A DNA stretch of 61,408 bases, counting the filler, from Nemertoderma westbladi (lineage: Eukaryota; Animalia; Xenacoelomorpha): NCBI GenBank assembly GCA_032718475.1. It is 3 parts of 3 records of this genome, joined end to end, with 100 filler letters (N's around TTAATTAATTAA, not from the genome) between each part and the next. Parts side by side here need not be neighbours in the genome. Positions count along the whole stretch, not along the records: positions 1 to 16,835 come from JAUCBJ010006496.1; 2 more parts are not named here. One strand, written 5' to 3'. This document shows, piece after piece, positions 1-12,281 of the stretch (the stretch's first letter is position 1; the number at the start of each line of letters is the position of its first letter). Both the position numbers and the translations under genes were made by a program. The notes under the pieces are model-generated. The model was not told the origin of the DNA. It worked only from the letters and a program-made list of their open reading frames with translations, and searched no databases.

Positions 1-1284
1 TGATGCACCTTTGGAATACGAAATGGCATCAAATATTTCATCGATTTCATCAGGATGTCCAACAGGAACCTCAATAGGATGGCTACTTGCTAAAGCATCC
101 AATGACAAGCCAGTGGAAAATTCGCTGTTGAGAAATTCGTTCCAGATATAATATTCGGGAAATATTTCATCAACAGCAAGAAAGCCAACCCAAGTAGCAA
201 AACCTTCATTTAACCATAAGTGAGTCCACCACTCCATGGTGACAAGATTCCCAAACCACTGGTGAGCCAATTCATGTGCTACAACGTAGGCCACACGTTG
301 GCGAATTCGAAATGATGTCTTCAATGAATCAACAAGCAATGCGGTATCGCGAAATGTAATTAGACCCCAGTTCTCCATGGCCCCAGCTGCAAAATCGGGA
401 ATGGCAATTAAATCGCATTTACTTAAAGGATATTTTATTCCAAAGTAATTCGCATAAAATGGAAGAATCTTTACAGTAGCATCAAGAGCAAATTGACCTT
501 GCTTTGCTTTTCCCACCGGTGTGTAAACACGAACTTCAACACCATTAGAATCTGTGGCTGATACATATTCGAACTCGCCAACAACAAATGCTAGTAGATA
601 AGTTGACATGATAGGTGTTGTATGATAACTAACAGATCGCAACTCCCCTTCATAATGCTCTTCTTTGATTGGTGTATTTGACAATGCAACAAGTCCCTTG
701 GGCACAACTAAAGTGACTTCAAATGTTGCCTTGACAGCAGGTTCATCCCAGCAGGGAAAAGCTAGTCTGGCAAAAGAAGGTTCAAATTGGGTAGTTGCCA
801 TGTAATCCTCTTTCCCTCCTGAATTGACATATTTACTCCGATAAAAACCTTTCATGGCATCATTCAACTCCCCTTCATACATGATTTTAATTGAACCAGT
901 TCCTACTGGAAGACTTTCAGAAAATATAAACGATATGGTTTCGTTGTCACTATCAATTACTGGATCAGCTGAAATATGTATCTTGGTTCCATCGCTTTTG
1001 GAATACAATGCCTGAAATATCATGAGGCGATGTCCATGAATTGTAACAGTGTCAGTTGACTTAGTTACCAACACATCAATTGAAACTTCACCAGTGAAAG
1101 AAAATTTGACTAAGTTAGGTTGTAGTTTCAAATGGTAATGAATTGGTTTAACATGTAATTGTAGGCGAGAGAATGGTTTTTTGGATTGGTACTGGTAGCC
1201 TTTGTCTTTAATGTACTGATGATAAAACCACACGTAGCAACATATTGAAATGCATACAACCAATAAATGTAAGACTTTCGACAT
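1..1284 (-). CDS. NPEPPS: Puromycin-sensitive aminopeptidase-like M1 metallopeptidase, 5' part (runs off the window edge)
   Basis: Manual translation from ATG at 1284 (MSKVLHLLVVCISICC...) gives DFAAGAMENWG, the HEXXH motif VAHELAHQWFGNLVTMEWWTHLWLNEGFATW and SHPIEVPVGHPDEIDEIFDAISYSKGAS in one frame. It is missing from the ORF track because its stop lies outside the window. Confidence 0.92.
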   Translation of the reverse strand, partial: MSKVLHLLVVCISICCYVWFYHQYIKDKGYQYQSKKPFSRLQLHVKPIHYHLKLQPNLVKFSFTGEVSIDVLVTKSTDTVTIHGHRLMIFQALYSKSDGTKIHISADPVIDSDNETISFIFSESLPVGTGSIKIMYEGELNDAMKGFYRSKYVNSGGKEDYMATTQFEPSFARLAFPCWDEPAVKATFEVTLVVPKGLVALSNTPIKEEHYEGELRSVSYHTTPIMSTYLLAFVVGEFEYVSATDSNGVEVRVYTPVGKAKQGQFALDATVKILPFYANYFGIKYPLSKCDLIAIPDFAAGAMENWGLITFRDTALLVDSLKTSFRIRQRVAYVVAHELAHQWFGNLVTMEWWTHLWLNEGFATWVGFLAVDEIFPEYYIWNEFLNSEFSTGLSLDALASSHPIEVPVGHPDEIDEIFDAISYSKGAS

Positions 1285-2385
1285 TCTGGCTAATATTTGA
1301 ATAGTTTATAAATTAAAAACACCCAAATCGAAATTATAAGTACAAAATAATGTAGTATAGGACCAGTAGTAATGTGGTGGTAATTACAAGGGTGTATTAT
1401 TTAACAGCATTGCATTTATAATAATTGCTAATAGTTAATTATTATGGGAGAATCTTTTAGACTCGCTTAGCCAAGGAATGCCTGTTCGCCACCATGGGTA
1501 AACCCTCCGAAATCGAGTGGAGGTTAATATTGATTTATGTGCATTGTGAGAAAAGTACTATTTTGCCGCATTTTTTGTTCTCTTTGCAATTCGCAAAACT
1601 GGCCTCCGCTAACAGAGGTTAAGTTCTGGTGTATATACGTTTAAAAATTTAAAATTGTATGGTGTAATTTAAAACTAGTGTAACAGCAGAGGGCAGAGGG
1701 GTGCAAAATCCGCTGTCACACCGATATTGTAGGATAACAAAAAGATTACCGGTACTATAAATAGTTCGTTCTTGTAGTTTTTTTTTTTACTTGGGAAAAG
1801 CTTCCACAAAATTGTCGAAACTGTCCACAGTTGGCTCAGGTACGGTAACACAAACCTATATACATTTTAGGTAGGCCTAGGCCTAAATGCTATTTTCGGT
1901 TCTTTATCATATTTCTAATATTTAAAAATTTAAAATTAATTTCAATTTCCAAATACCGTATACAACTCAGTATTATTGTCACAAAAGTAGGTGGGCATTA
2001 TTTACGGCATTATTTATGTAGGCCTAATTATTTGGGCCGTCCATGCCGTCACCACTCTGGTGACCTGCAGCACAGCGAGGATAAAAAAATTCACTCTTGT
2101 AACCTGCAGCGCGGCGGAAACAAAAAAAATGTTGGCCCATCCACTATTCCACATATTAGACAGTTAGGTTAGATTAGTCATTACCGCACACAGCCAGACA
2201 GCCGTAGTTCGTACTCAGGTAATAGTACGTTAGGCCTACCTATTACAGTATTATGTATTAGAGCCTTTGAACGACACTACCAGACAACAACTAGGCTTCT
2301 GAGCCTATCCAAAGTCTGAAAGCCTTTATTACTGTATTAATGTATCTATTAGTACTGGCAGGCCTAACAGCTGAACAGGGCGAAG

Positions 2386-2525
2386 TTGTAATGCTGTGAC
2401 AAACCAGCTCTTGATGCTTGAACTTCAAGAGCTGGTTTGTCACAGCATTACAATAGTATTACTATTAGACTGGTAATATTCTTCAAGACTTGAAGAATAT
2501 TACCAGTCTAATAGCAATACTATTG
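2386..2525. repeat. Two abutting long hairpins (inverted repeats)
   Basis: First: 29-bp perfect arms at 2386-2414 and 2425-2453. Second: 37-bp arms at 2451-2487 and 2489-2525 with one mismatch. Confidence 0.9.
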
Positions 2526-3991
2526 CTAATATTGTTAATAAAGGACTGCAGTAAGAGCAGTACAATCGATAGTCTGACAGTAATACAGAAATGGCCATGG
2601 TAACAAGTACCACTGTACCCGGCACCCGGGTACGGTAACGACTGAACGATACCGGTACTGCTAGTGCTGTTTATTGTAGGATTCAAATTTCCCGCTTTAA
2701 TGTATATATGGCATCATTGCAGAGCAAACCGGCTTCCTGGAAAACACGCAACAGCGCAACGGCGCAACAGCGCAACATCTCTACAACCAATGGGCAGCAT
2801 TGGCGCAACAGCGCAACAACCTAAGATTGGTTTATACATTCCACTCTAATTCCATTGGCTTGTACATTCTGTTGCGTTCTATGACATTCCATTTCTGTAG
2901 CGCCGATGGCGCAACAGAGTAATAAATAAAGCAAGGTACTGTACGTTCTAAAAGGGATGCGACCTATAACAATCCTAGTACCAATATGGGACTCACTTCC
3001 CAGTGACGTTATCGAATCAGTAAGTGTTAAGTCCTTTTGTGACAAACTTAAAACTTGTAATTTATTAGAACATTGCCATTTCAATAGATTCGATTAATTA
3101 GGACGCATGATCATTCATTTATTTTTAGTTTCTTCTCAGTATGCATAAACTTTTGTCCTTTTAAAACATAAAATGTTTTTATAGAATAGTGAACAGTTAT
3201 TGATGGCGTGGTTATTTGTAATTATTGCCGTTTCTAATTCAGTGTATTTAAATGTAAATTGTTGATTTCGTTAGTAATTTTTTAATTTTATAATTTTAAT
3301 AAAAAGAGTTCAATTCAATTCAATCCAATACAGAGCTATACTGAGCTAAAACCGTCCTATACCAAACAATAGTGATGCCATAGAGATAACAAGTGCAACC
3401 AATCATGGTACAGTAGACAATTTAGTCTCCCTCTTCCCTTGTCAAGGGGTTAGCATATTAAATATATCCTTGCCCTCTCGTGAACAAAGGCCAACCCAGA
3501 CATCCTTAGTCGTGGCGGGCGTGGCAAGCCTTGCCTAATCCGCCCAGTACACTCCATCCAATGCAATATCCAGGGTCCAGTGTTATGCAATACACCCCTT
3601 CCCTTACACCGGCCCCCACCACGCAGCCTATATGGCCGCCATCCAGTAGCAGTAGGAAGTGATTGACAAGTCACCTTCAAAACTCCATCCAGGCACCAAT
3701 AGTAATTTGTCTATATTATTGCGTAATTATATCTAATATTGTTCGAACGTGCACCAATATTAATTGGTCTATTATATTGGGTAATTATATTTAACATTGT
3801 TTGAACGTAAAGTCTCTGCCCAGAAAGTCCACCCACGCGCAGGTGATAATTAGGGGTCAACTCCATATTGGCCCCACAGCAGGCTATAAATAGGGGCGCA
3901 TCGGGACTAAAACTTTAAGAGTTTTCACTCTGCCTCAGGCATAACTGTTGAGCCCTGCTCCTCCAGTACAGCAGAGGTCCCTGGCCTAGAA

Positions 3992-4367
3992 GACTGGGGA
4001 CTGGGCTAGACTGGACGTTGTAGCCTAGACTGGGGACTGACTGGGCTCGACTGGACGTTGTAGCCTAGACTGGAGACTGGGCTCGACTGGACGTTGTAGC
4101 CTAGACTGGGGACTGGGCTCGACTGGACGTTGTAGCCTAGACTGGGGACTGGGCTCGACTGGACGTTGTAGCCTAGACTGGGGACTGGGCTAGATTGGGG
4201 ACTGGGCTAGACTGGACGTTGTAGCCTAGACTGGGGACTAGGCTCGACTGGACGTTGTAGCATAGACTGGGCTAGACTGGACCTGGACCTGGACGTTGTA
4301 GCCTAGACTGGGGGGACTGGGCTCGACTGGACGTTGTAGCCTGGGCTAGACTGGCGGGACGTTGTAG
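3992..4367. repeat. Minisatellite, about 36-bp unit (ACTGGGGACTGGGCTCGACTGGACGTTGTAGCCTAG)
   Basis: About 10 imperfect tandem copies. Confidence 0.92.
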
Positions 4368-4796
4368 GTTGAAATTAATGTCCCTCGAAGATTGGGGGTT
4401 CTTATAGGCCTACTATTCCTCAGGGACACCATCTATCCCCCTTAATACAACAACCATTTTTAGGGGGTCTGACCACCCCCCCCCCCCCCCTAATATTTTT
4501 CAAATTGCAATAAAATGCTACGAAATTTCGTATGAAGATAGTTCGACATCTTTTCTTACTGCTGGAGTTGCCGGATTTTTTTTAATTTATGAGCTATTTC
4601 GATATTTCGAAAGGCGTTTTTTAACGGCTTAAAAACGCCTTTTTAGCAATATTTAACCATCTCTGCTGGCTTTATTTTTACTCCTTTGAATGTAATCTGG
4701 GTATTATGAGAACCGCCTTCAAAATGAAAGCCGTTTAAAATTTCATCAAAAAATGCCAAAGATATTATCAAAATAATAAGGTATAACTTTTGAGAC

Positions 4797-4959
4797 GTGA
4801 ATCGCTATAATTCTAATGGTTTTTGTCTTTATTCTAGAATATTAACTATTATTTAGTTGAACCTTTAACTTTTAAAACTCTCCATTGTGTTTCTTTATTA
4901 AGCGTAATTAATATTCTAGAATTGACTAAATAAAACATTAGAATTATAGCGATTTACAC
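4797..4959. repeat. Degenerate foldback, probably a MITE fragment
   Basis: GTGAATCGCTATAATTCTAATG...CATTAGAATTATAGCGATTTAC arms with inner TTCTAGAATATTAA arms. Confidence 0.55.
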
Positions 4960-5527
4960 CATACTTGTAGACTGGGATTTTCGACGCAAACAAAAAAAGA
5001 TGCAAACCAAGAATGATTAAGGATTACTTTGAATGCTGAATTTGAACTGCTGAATGAATTCAGGAATCCTGAATTCATTCAGCAGTTACAGAGTTAATAT
5101 TATTACTGTATTAATTACTGTACCGCTGTACTGCTGTACCGTGCTGATTGACAATCGATTGACAATTTTGTATTGTATGGAATTGGAGAGAAAATTACAT
5201 AGGCCTAATTACACGGTAACGCAAGTGAAATGTGAAATTACCTGATTACGGTCTGACGGTGTTGGTGTACGCACGGTAACCAACAGCTCAACTCCAATTA
5301 CAGAATTAATTTAATTTACAAACAGCTGGACAGACATAACAACAGAACGATCCGAATCCAGATAGACCATGAGATGAATACGGGAATACTGGAATAGTGA
5401 TTACCCATCTGATTTAATTACCGGTACCGGTCAGCCGGTTTTAGGTAACAAACTGCTGACAGGCTGAAGTGAGTGAGTGAGTATCTACAACTTTTGACAC
5501 AAAATATAAATACGTTAAAAACTAACC

Positions 5528-7756
5528 ATGGCATTTCCCTCAACAAGCTTTTCAAGTCGTATTGGGACTTCCCAGAAACCAATGCCGATGAAACTGTATT
5601 CATCATGGGAGGTGGACAGGAATGCGCCTTCCTGTGTCCCCCGAATATGCACACTGACTCTGACTAAACTGCGCGTTCTAGAGGCAATCGAACATGAGGG
5701 GGGTCCTCTGCTTATCGCGGTAAAGATGCGAGGTTCGAAGGCGCGAATTCTTCGCTCCAACGAAATCGTTTTATCCTCGCAACTAATCGAGGTGGACCTA
5801 GAACTTTCCTTCTCCTTGCAGTATCCACATTTTGTTAAGACCACCAACTACCTCCAAGTTATGTTGCAACGCCGTAAACGATACAAAAACCGTGCGATTC
5901 TCGGGTTCAAAACGCTAGCGCTGGGGGCCATTGAGTTGACGGCGGTGGTTCAGGGGCAAACACAGGAGCGACTCCTCCTGCACAACAGTCTGAAAAGCGA
6001 ACCGGAACCGGTGGCAGAGATCATCTTGTTGGGGTTGGCGAGTCTGCCGGTAGGCGATGCGGTCTGTAAGGCCCCCAACAGCGAGGACGAAGATGATATC
6101 GAGACAGATGACGACTCGGATTCTTGTGCGGAACTCGACGAAGTTGAGCCCGTAGCGGCGGTGGAGTCCCGGAAGTCGCGACGACTTCCACGGCAGATGG
6201 AGCTGAAGAGTCGGTTCACTCGGATGCTGAAGAAACTCAATAAGATGGGCGAGTCAAACGAGCTGGAGCAGGTCGTGGACGAGTACCTAGGCGACGAGCT
6301 GGAGAACATCAGTCTGAGCGAAGAGGAGATGGACACGATCAGCGTGGCGTCCGCGGCTAAACCGTCGCTCCAGCCGTACTTCTCTACGTCGGAGCGGATC
6401 GCTCCGGAAGTGAACGGAGTCCGGAAGGATGATTCCCCCGGAACCGGGTCGGAAGCGGATGCGGAGCCGGAAGCAGGGCGTTCCGCGGGTCGCATCGTGA
6501 AACCGCGGTCCTGGGCGCACCGCCGACACCACTCCCTGGACGCCCCAGGCGCCCCCGCTGGGGCGGCTAGCGCCCCCACCGAAGCCGCCGACTCCGAGGT
6601 TCTCGACCAACTTGCCTCCCTCTGGCCGGAGGACTCGGCTCCCCCGGCCTCCCTCGTCCTCCTCCACTCCTCCGTCCCCGGCGGCGTCTCCGGCAGTCTC
6701 GCTTCCCGTCTCACCCACACCGGCCTCACCGTGATCCTCGGCGCCGCCTCCGATTCCCCCGCCGTGTTCCTCTTCCTCACGAACCGACTGCAGCGCTACT
6801 GTAAGACGGCGACCCGCCCCCCGACACCGATCCGCTGCGTCCTCGTCGGCTCGGAACCCTTCGTTAACGCCGCGATCCGCGCCTACGTCGACGCCCTCGG
6901 CCGACGGCCCACCGAGTTCCAACTCTACTTCGAGTTCCTCCTGGTGCCGCTAGGGCCGTCCTGTCTCGCCAAGTACCTCGCGTCCCGGGACGCGGCCTAC
7001 CGCAGCTACTTCGCGGAGGGATCCTGGTACGCCGTCGTCGACAACCTCGCGGCCGAGGCCGACGAGTTCGCCTCGCGGGTCGTTCGTTACGCCACTAGCG
7101 CCCGGGCCGTGCACTCCCTCCCGGTCGCCGAGGCCATGGTCTCCTCCGAGGAGGAGTCCCGTCAGCTGTTCCTCCCGTTCCTTTCGGAAGTCCGCGTGGG
7201 AACCGGCTCCGATTGGCCCTCTCCCTACATGTCGTTCGACTTGGATTCCGAGGAGTTGCCGCTAGGGGGCGGCTCCCCGCCCCAGTCGCACGACCCGTGG
7301 GGCGTCGCGGAGGTGATCGACCTCCAGGTCGAGTACTGGGTGGCCCCGCTGAGCGGCGTAGCGGTGCGTCCCAAGGAGGTTAGCGGCGTTAAGTCGGTGG
7401 TTAAGGGCGGATTCCGGGCCCTGCAGGTGAGTCGTCTGACGCCGGTCACTGATCCCGCGGGGGGCGCCTCCAGCGGGCCTCTCGGGTTCTCTATGCTCGC
7501 GGTAACCCGGGAGAAAAACAAGAAGATGCGAATCGGTCGCTCCAAAACCAAAGATTGCGAGTCCAAGAACATCTCGATGGAGGGCATCAACCGACTGATC
7601 TGCACCGTCGCCGCTAAAACCAACCAGTTCAACCTGTTTATAGACGGGACCGAATGGCCCCGGGTAAAGTTCTTCCAGCTATCTCCACAGTGGTCCACTC
7701 ACGTAAAGTCCTTCCCGGTTCTACTCTTTACCAGCGCGTCCGACGGTTGCTATTAG
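5528..7756 (+). CDS. PACS: Phosphofurin acidic cluster sorting protein (PACS family), single-exon ORF of 742 aa
   Basis: PMKLYSSWEVDR..PSCVPRIC furin-binding region, LSFSLQYPHF and LQRRKRYKNRAILGFKTLA, an acidic middle region, and C-terminal IDGTEW..VKFFQLSPQWSTHVKSFPV. AATAAA at 7979-7984. Confidence 0.93.
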   Translation: MAFPSTSFSSRIGTSQKPMPMKLYSSWEVDRNAPSCVPRICTLTLTKLRVLEAIEHEGGPLLIAVKMRGSKARILRSNEIVLSSQLIEVDLELSFSLQYPHFVKTTNYLQVMLQRRKRYKNRAILGFKTLALGAIELTAVVQGQTQERLLLHNSLKSEPEPVAEIILLGLASLPVGDAVCKAPNSEDEDDIETDDDSDSCAELDEVEPVAAVESRKSRRLPRQMELKSRFTRMLKKLNKMGESNELEQVVDEYLGDELENISLSEEEMDTISVASAAKPSLQPYFSTSERIAPEVNGVRKDDSPGTGSEADAEPEAGRSAGRIVKPRSWAHRRHHSLDAPGAPAGAASAPTEAADSEVLDQLASLWPEDSAPPASLVLLHSSVPGGVSGSLASRLTHTGLTVILGAASDSPAVFLFLTNRLQRYCKTATRPPTPIRCVLVGSEPFVNAAIRAYVDALGRRPTEFQLYFEFLLVPLGPSCLAKYLASRDAAYRSYFAEGSWYAVVDNLAAEADEFASRVVRYATSARAVHSLPVAEAMVSSEEESRQLFLPFLSEVRVGTGSDWPSPYMSFDLDSEELPLGGGSPPQSHDPWGVAEVIDLQVEYWVAPLSGVAVRPKEVSGVKSVVKGGFRALQVSRLTPVTDPAGGASSGPLGFSMLAVTREKNKKMRIGRSKTKDCESKNISMEGINRLICTVAAKTNQFNLFIDGTEWPRVKFFQLSPQWSTHVKSFPVLLFTSASDGCY

Positions 7757-7766
7757 GCTTCCTCTA

Positions 7767-7947
7767 TAACGCGTCATTCAGCTGACCCAACACCCGTAAC
7801 GTGTCATTCAGCTGACCCAACACCCGTAACGTGTCATTCAGCTGACCCAACACCCGTAACGTGTCATTCAGCTGACCCAACACCCGTAACGTGTCATTCA
7901 GCTGACCCAAGACCCGTAACGTGTCATTCAGCTGACCCAACACCCGT
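7767..7947. repeat. 30-bp tandem repeat (6 copies) in the presumed PACS 3' UTR
   Basis: Unit TAACGTGTCATTCAGCTGACCCAACACCCG lies between the stop codon and AATAAA. Confidence 0.93.
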
Positions 7948-8094
7948 GCGGAGACATTATCTGTTCAATATCGACGTCAATAAATCCGTTAATCATTTTT
8001 CTCAATCTATTTATATCTAAACAAATCGAGATTCTACTTGATTAACGGGTTTGGTGTTCACTTCCTAAAAGTTACATCAATTTGAAGTGAAACC

Positions 8095-10486
8095 ATTTAG
8101 TTACACAGTATGTAACGATTTAGTTACACAGTATGTAACGATTTAGTTACACCGTTTATGTAACGATTTAGTTACACAGTATGTAACGATTTAGTTACAC
8201 AGTATGTAACGATTTAGTTACACAGTATGTAACGATTTAGTTACACCGTTTATGTAACGATTTAGTTACACAGTATGTAACGATTTAGTTACACAGTATG
8301 TAACGATTTAGTTACACAGTATGTAACGATTTAGTTACACAGTATGTAACGATTTAGTTACACAGTATGTAACGATTTAGTTACACAGTATGTAACGATT
8401 TAGTTACACCGTTTATGTAACGATTTAGTTACACAGTATGTAACGATTTAGTTACACAGTATGTAACGATTTAGTTACACAGTATGTAACGATTTAGTTA
8501 CACAGTATGTAACGATTTAGTTACACCGTGTATGTAACGATTTTAGTTACACAGTATGTAACGATTTAGTTACACAGTATGTAACGATTTAGTTACACAG
8601 TATGTAACGATTTAGTTACACAGTATGTAACGATTTAGTTACACAGTATGTAACGATTTTAGTTACACAGTATGTAACGATTTAGTTACACAGTATGTAA
8701 CGATTTAGTTACACAGTATGTAACGATTTAGTTACACAGTATGTAACGATTTAGTTACACCGTTTATGTAACGATTTAGTTACACAGTATGTAACGATTT
8801 AGTTACACAGTATGTAACGATTTAGTTACACAGTATGTAACGATTTAGTTACACAGTATGTAACGATTTAGTTACACCGTGTATGTAACGATTTTAGTTA
8901 CACAGTATGTAACGATTTAGTTACACAGTATGTAACGATTTAGTTACACAGTATGTAACGATTTAGTTACACCGTTTATGTAACGATTTAGTTACACAGT
9001 ATGTAACGATTTAGTTACACAGTATGTAACGATTTAGTTACACAGTATGTAACGATTTAGTTACACCGTTTATGTAACGATTTAGTTACACAGTATGTAA
9101 CGATTTAGTTACACAGTATGTAACGATTTAGTTAAACCGTTTATGTAACGATTTAGTTACACAGTATGTAACGATTTAGTTACACAGTATGTAACGATTT
9201 AGTTACCCCGTGTATGTAACGATTTAGTTACACAGTATGTAACGATTTAGTTACCCCGTGTATGTAACGATTTAGTTACCCCGTGTATGTAACGATTTAG
9301 TTACCCCGTGTATGTAACGATTTAGTTACCCCGTGTATGTAACGATTTAGTTACACTACACAGTATGTAACGATTTAGTTACACCGTGTATGTAACGATT
9401 TAGTTACACAGTATGTAACGATTTAGTTACACCGTTTATGTAACGATTTAGTTACACAGTATGTAACGATTTAGTTACACAGTATGTAACGATTTAGTTA
9501 CACAGTATGTAACGATTTAGTTACACAGTATGTAACGATTTAGTTACACCGTGTATGTAACGATTTTAGTTACACAGTATGTAACGATTTAGTTACACAG
9601 TATGTAACGATTTAGTTACACAGTATGTAACGATTTAGTTACACAGTATGTAACGATTTAGTTACACCGTTTATGTAACGATTTAGTTACACAGTATGTA
9701 ACGATTTAGTTACACAGTATGTAACGATTTAGTTACACCGTTTATGTAACGATTTAGTTACACAGTATGTAACGATTTAGTTACACAGTATGTAACGATT
9801 TAGTTACACAGTATGTAACGATTTAGTTACACCGTTTATGTAACGATTTAGTTACACAGTATGTAACGATTTAGTTACACAGTATGTAACGATTTAGTTA
9901 CACAGTATGTAACGATTTAGTTACACAGTATGTAACGATTTAGTTACACCGTGTATGTAACGATTTTAGTTACACAGTATGTAACGATTTAGTTACACAG
10001 TATGTAACGATTTAGTTACACAGTATGTAACGATTTAGTTACACAGTATGTAACGATTTAGTTACACAGTATGTAACGATTTTAGTTACACAGTATGTAA
10101 CGATTTAGTTACACCGTGTATGTAACGATTTTAGTTACACAGTATGTAACGATTTAGTTACACAGTATGTAACGATTTAGTTACACAGTATGTAACGATT
10201 TAGTTACACAGTATGTAACGATTTAGTTACACAGTATGTAACGATTTAGTTACACCGTGTATGTAACGATTTAGTTACACAGTATGTAACGATTTAGTTA
10301 CACCGTGTATGTAACGATTTTAGTTACACAGTATGTAACGATTTAGTTACACAGTATGTAACGATTTTAGTTACACAGTATGTAACGATTTAGTTACACC
10401 GTGTATGTAACGATTTTAGTTACACAGTATGTAACGATTTAGTTACACAGTATGTAACGATTTAGTTACACAGTATGTAACGATTT
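8095..10486. repeat. Satellite array, 23-bp unit ATTTAGTTACACAGTATGTAACG with 24-25-bp variants, about 100 copies
   Basis: Read directly. Each unit contains the inverted repeat GTTACA-N5-TGTAAC. Confidence 0.97.
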
Positions 10487-11032
10487 TATTATAAAGCAGT
10501 TTATCGTGCAGCTACTCTACATCAACAATATTTAGTGTTTCTTTTAGTGGCAATTCTGATTTATTATCAAGATAATTTCTTACTAAACGCCAATATAACA
10601 GCAGTTGTTGTAGCAACTCGTATTAATTATTTTGTACTTACTTACTTTCACTTAGCTTTACTTATAATAGATGTACATTTACTTTATTCGTAGAATTTTG
10701 CTATTTATAATTTTATACAAGTCGAGAGCTTCTAGGCCTCAGCAACAGTAACAATTTTTATTATAATTTTTGGCCCTTTTATGGAATGTTGTTCTTACGC
10801 AGTTAGTATTATTGTTATTCTTATTGGTAGTTTTACACAGAATGTTAAGTCTAACATTATTTTAGTATTCATAATATTTTGTTGACTAGACCTAATGTAG
10901 GTAGAGCCTATCTATTACCGATATCTCTACCCCAAACATTGATTACTAAATATTCTATATAATATAATTTAGGGTCTGTAATCAATAGTTTTACATTGAT
11001 ATATTTTGTTGTTGCTGTTATTCTCTGTTGTA

Positions 11033-11559
11033 CACCATATGTCCCAGAATATAGTGTCGTTATTCAGGTACACGGCCCCCTCCCCAAATTTTTCTACAAA
11101 TCTTAATGAGATTGTATGAAATTTGAAACAGAGATAGTTTCACCTCCCGACCACTGACTGACTGGGTGAGCCAGAATTGTTATTTTTGGTTTCATTCTTT
11201 AGCTACAAGCGTTTGAAAAAGGAGTCTCCGGTGATATTTCACCAGTTACACTGCAGTTATTCTTGGACCTTATCGCGATTTGTTGGTAGAAATAGAAAGC
11301 TGATCGTGGAAGGATTCCAAAAAAGTAAAAATATTTGAATTTGGTTGTGAAATAGCTGTGATATGGGAATTCGAATGTGGCATGTATTTGCTTCCTATGT
11401 AGGCCATTCATTCTATTTTAATAAATACACCATATTCTAGAACATTTTGTTTATTCCGTATGTAGCTGGGCAACAATGCAATACCTCTTTAATTATACTG
11501 CTGGGCTTGGCAGGTACCTGAATAACGACACTAGACACTATATTCCCGGACATGGTTTG
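11033..11559. mobile_element. Degenerate MITE related to the 14253-15153 element
   Basis: Left end TA|CACCATATGTCCCAGAATATAGTGTCGTTATTCAGGTAC and right end GTACCTGAATAACGACACT...ACACTATATTCCCGGACATGG. Internal blocks (AAATTTTTCTACAAATCTT, AAGGATTCCAAA) are shared with the 14253 element. Confidence 0.7.
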
Positions 11560-12281
11560 TATTTGTAGCTGCTTGCTGCTCCCAATCCCTGGGATTTTGT
11601 CGTTTTGTCATTTTTTGTCGTTCTCTTCTTATTTATTATTTATATCAGTGATTTTAAATTACTTTGTCGGGAACAGTTATCGTACAGATCGGATACAATA
11701 GTCTCATGATGTCAGTCGTACTAAACTTAGACCTATCTAGTACTACGGGTAGTACTTAGAACTCTATACGCCTTACGGGTAACTAATCAAACATTGATTT
11801 GGGCAGCCACCCTAATAACCGCCCAATTTGTTGAATTGTTCTTTTGAAGTCTTTTAGAATAGCTACTAAATACTACAAACCTGTTTCAAAAATTTAACAA
11901 CTGAATAATTTTATCAATGGCTGTTATACAAGAGCAGCTGTGTACCTGTAAGCAACGTATAATTATTAAATTAAATGCTTATTTCTTACATAGCTGTGTA
12001 GTTATTATTCTCTTTACACTTAATTGTATCGAAGCCAGCTTTACCTTTAATAATTGATGTTACATATAGATGAGTCCTGCGTTATCAATTCTCATCATTG
12101 CCATTGGTGCTTATGTATTCGGCATGCTCAAACAGTTGTACACGTTACACCTTTTTATTTTAATTGTCTATTGTTGTTGTGCTATGTATTCATATTCAAA
12201 TAAATAGTAATTAAATGTTTTCAAAGCTCACGGGCTTTTCTCATTATCGTGTAAGTAGATGTATAAATGTATGAATGTGTA

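Noticed and set aside
3440-3960. Solo LTR (TG start, TATAAATA box near 3886)
   Set aside because: No CA end, TSD or second copy could be identified.
5515-7698. Antisense ORFs within PACS (276, 211, 157 and 110 aa)
   Set aside because: These are shadow frames of GC-rich coding sequence with no motifs.
8095-10486. CRISPR array or telomeric repeat
   Set aside because: There are no unique spacers or cas genes, the context is eukaryotic, and the array is internal with a 23-bp unit.
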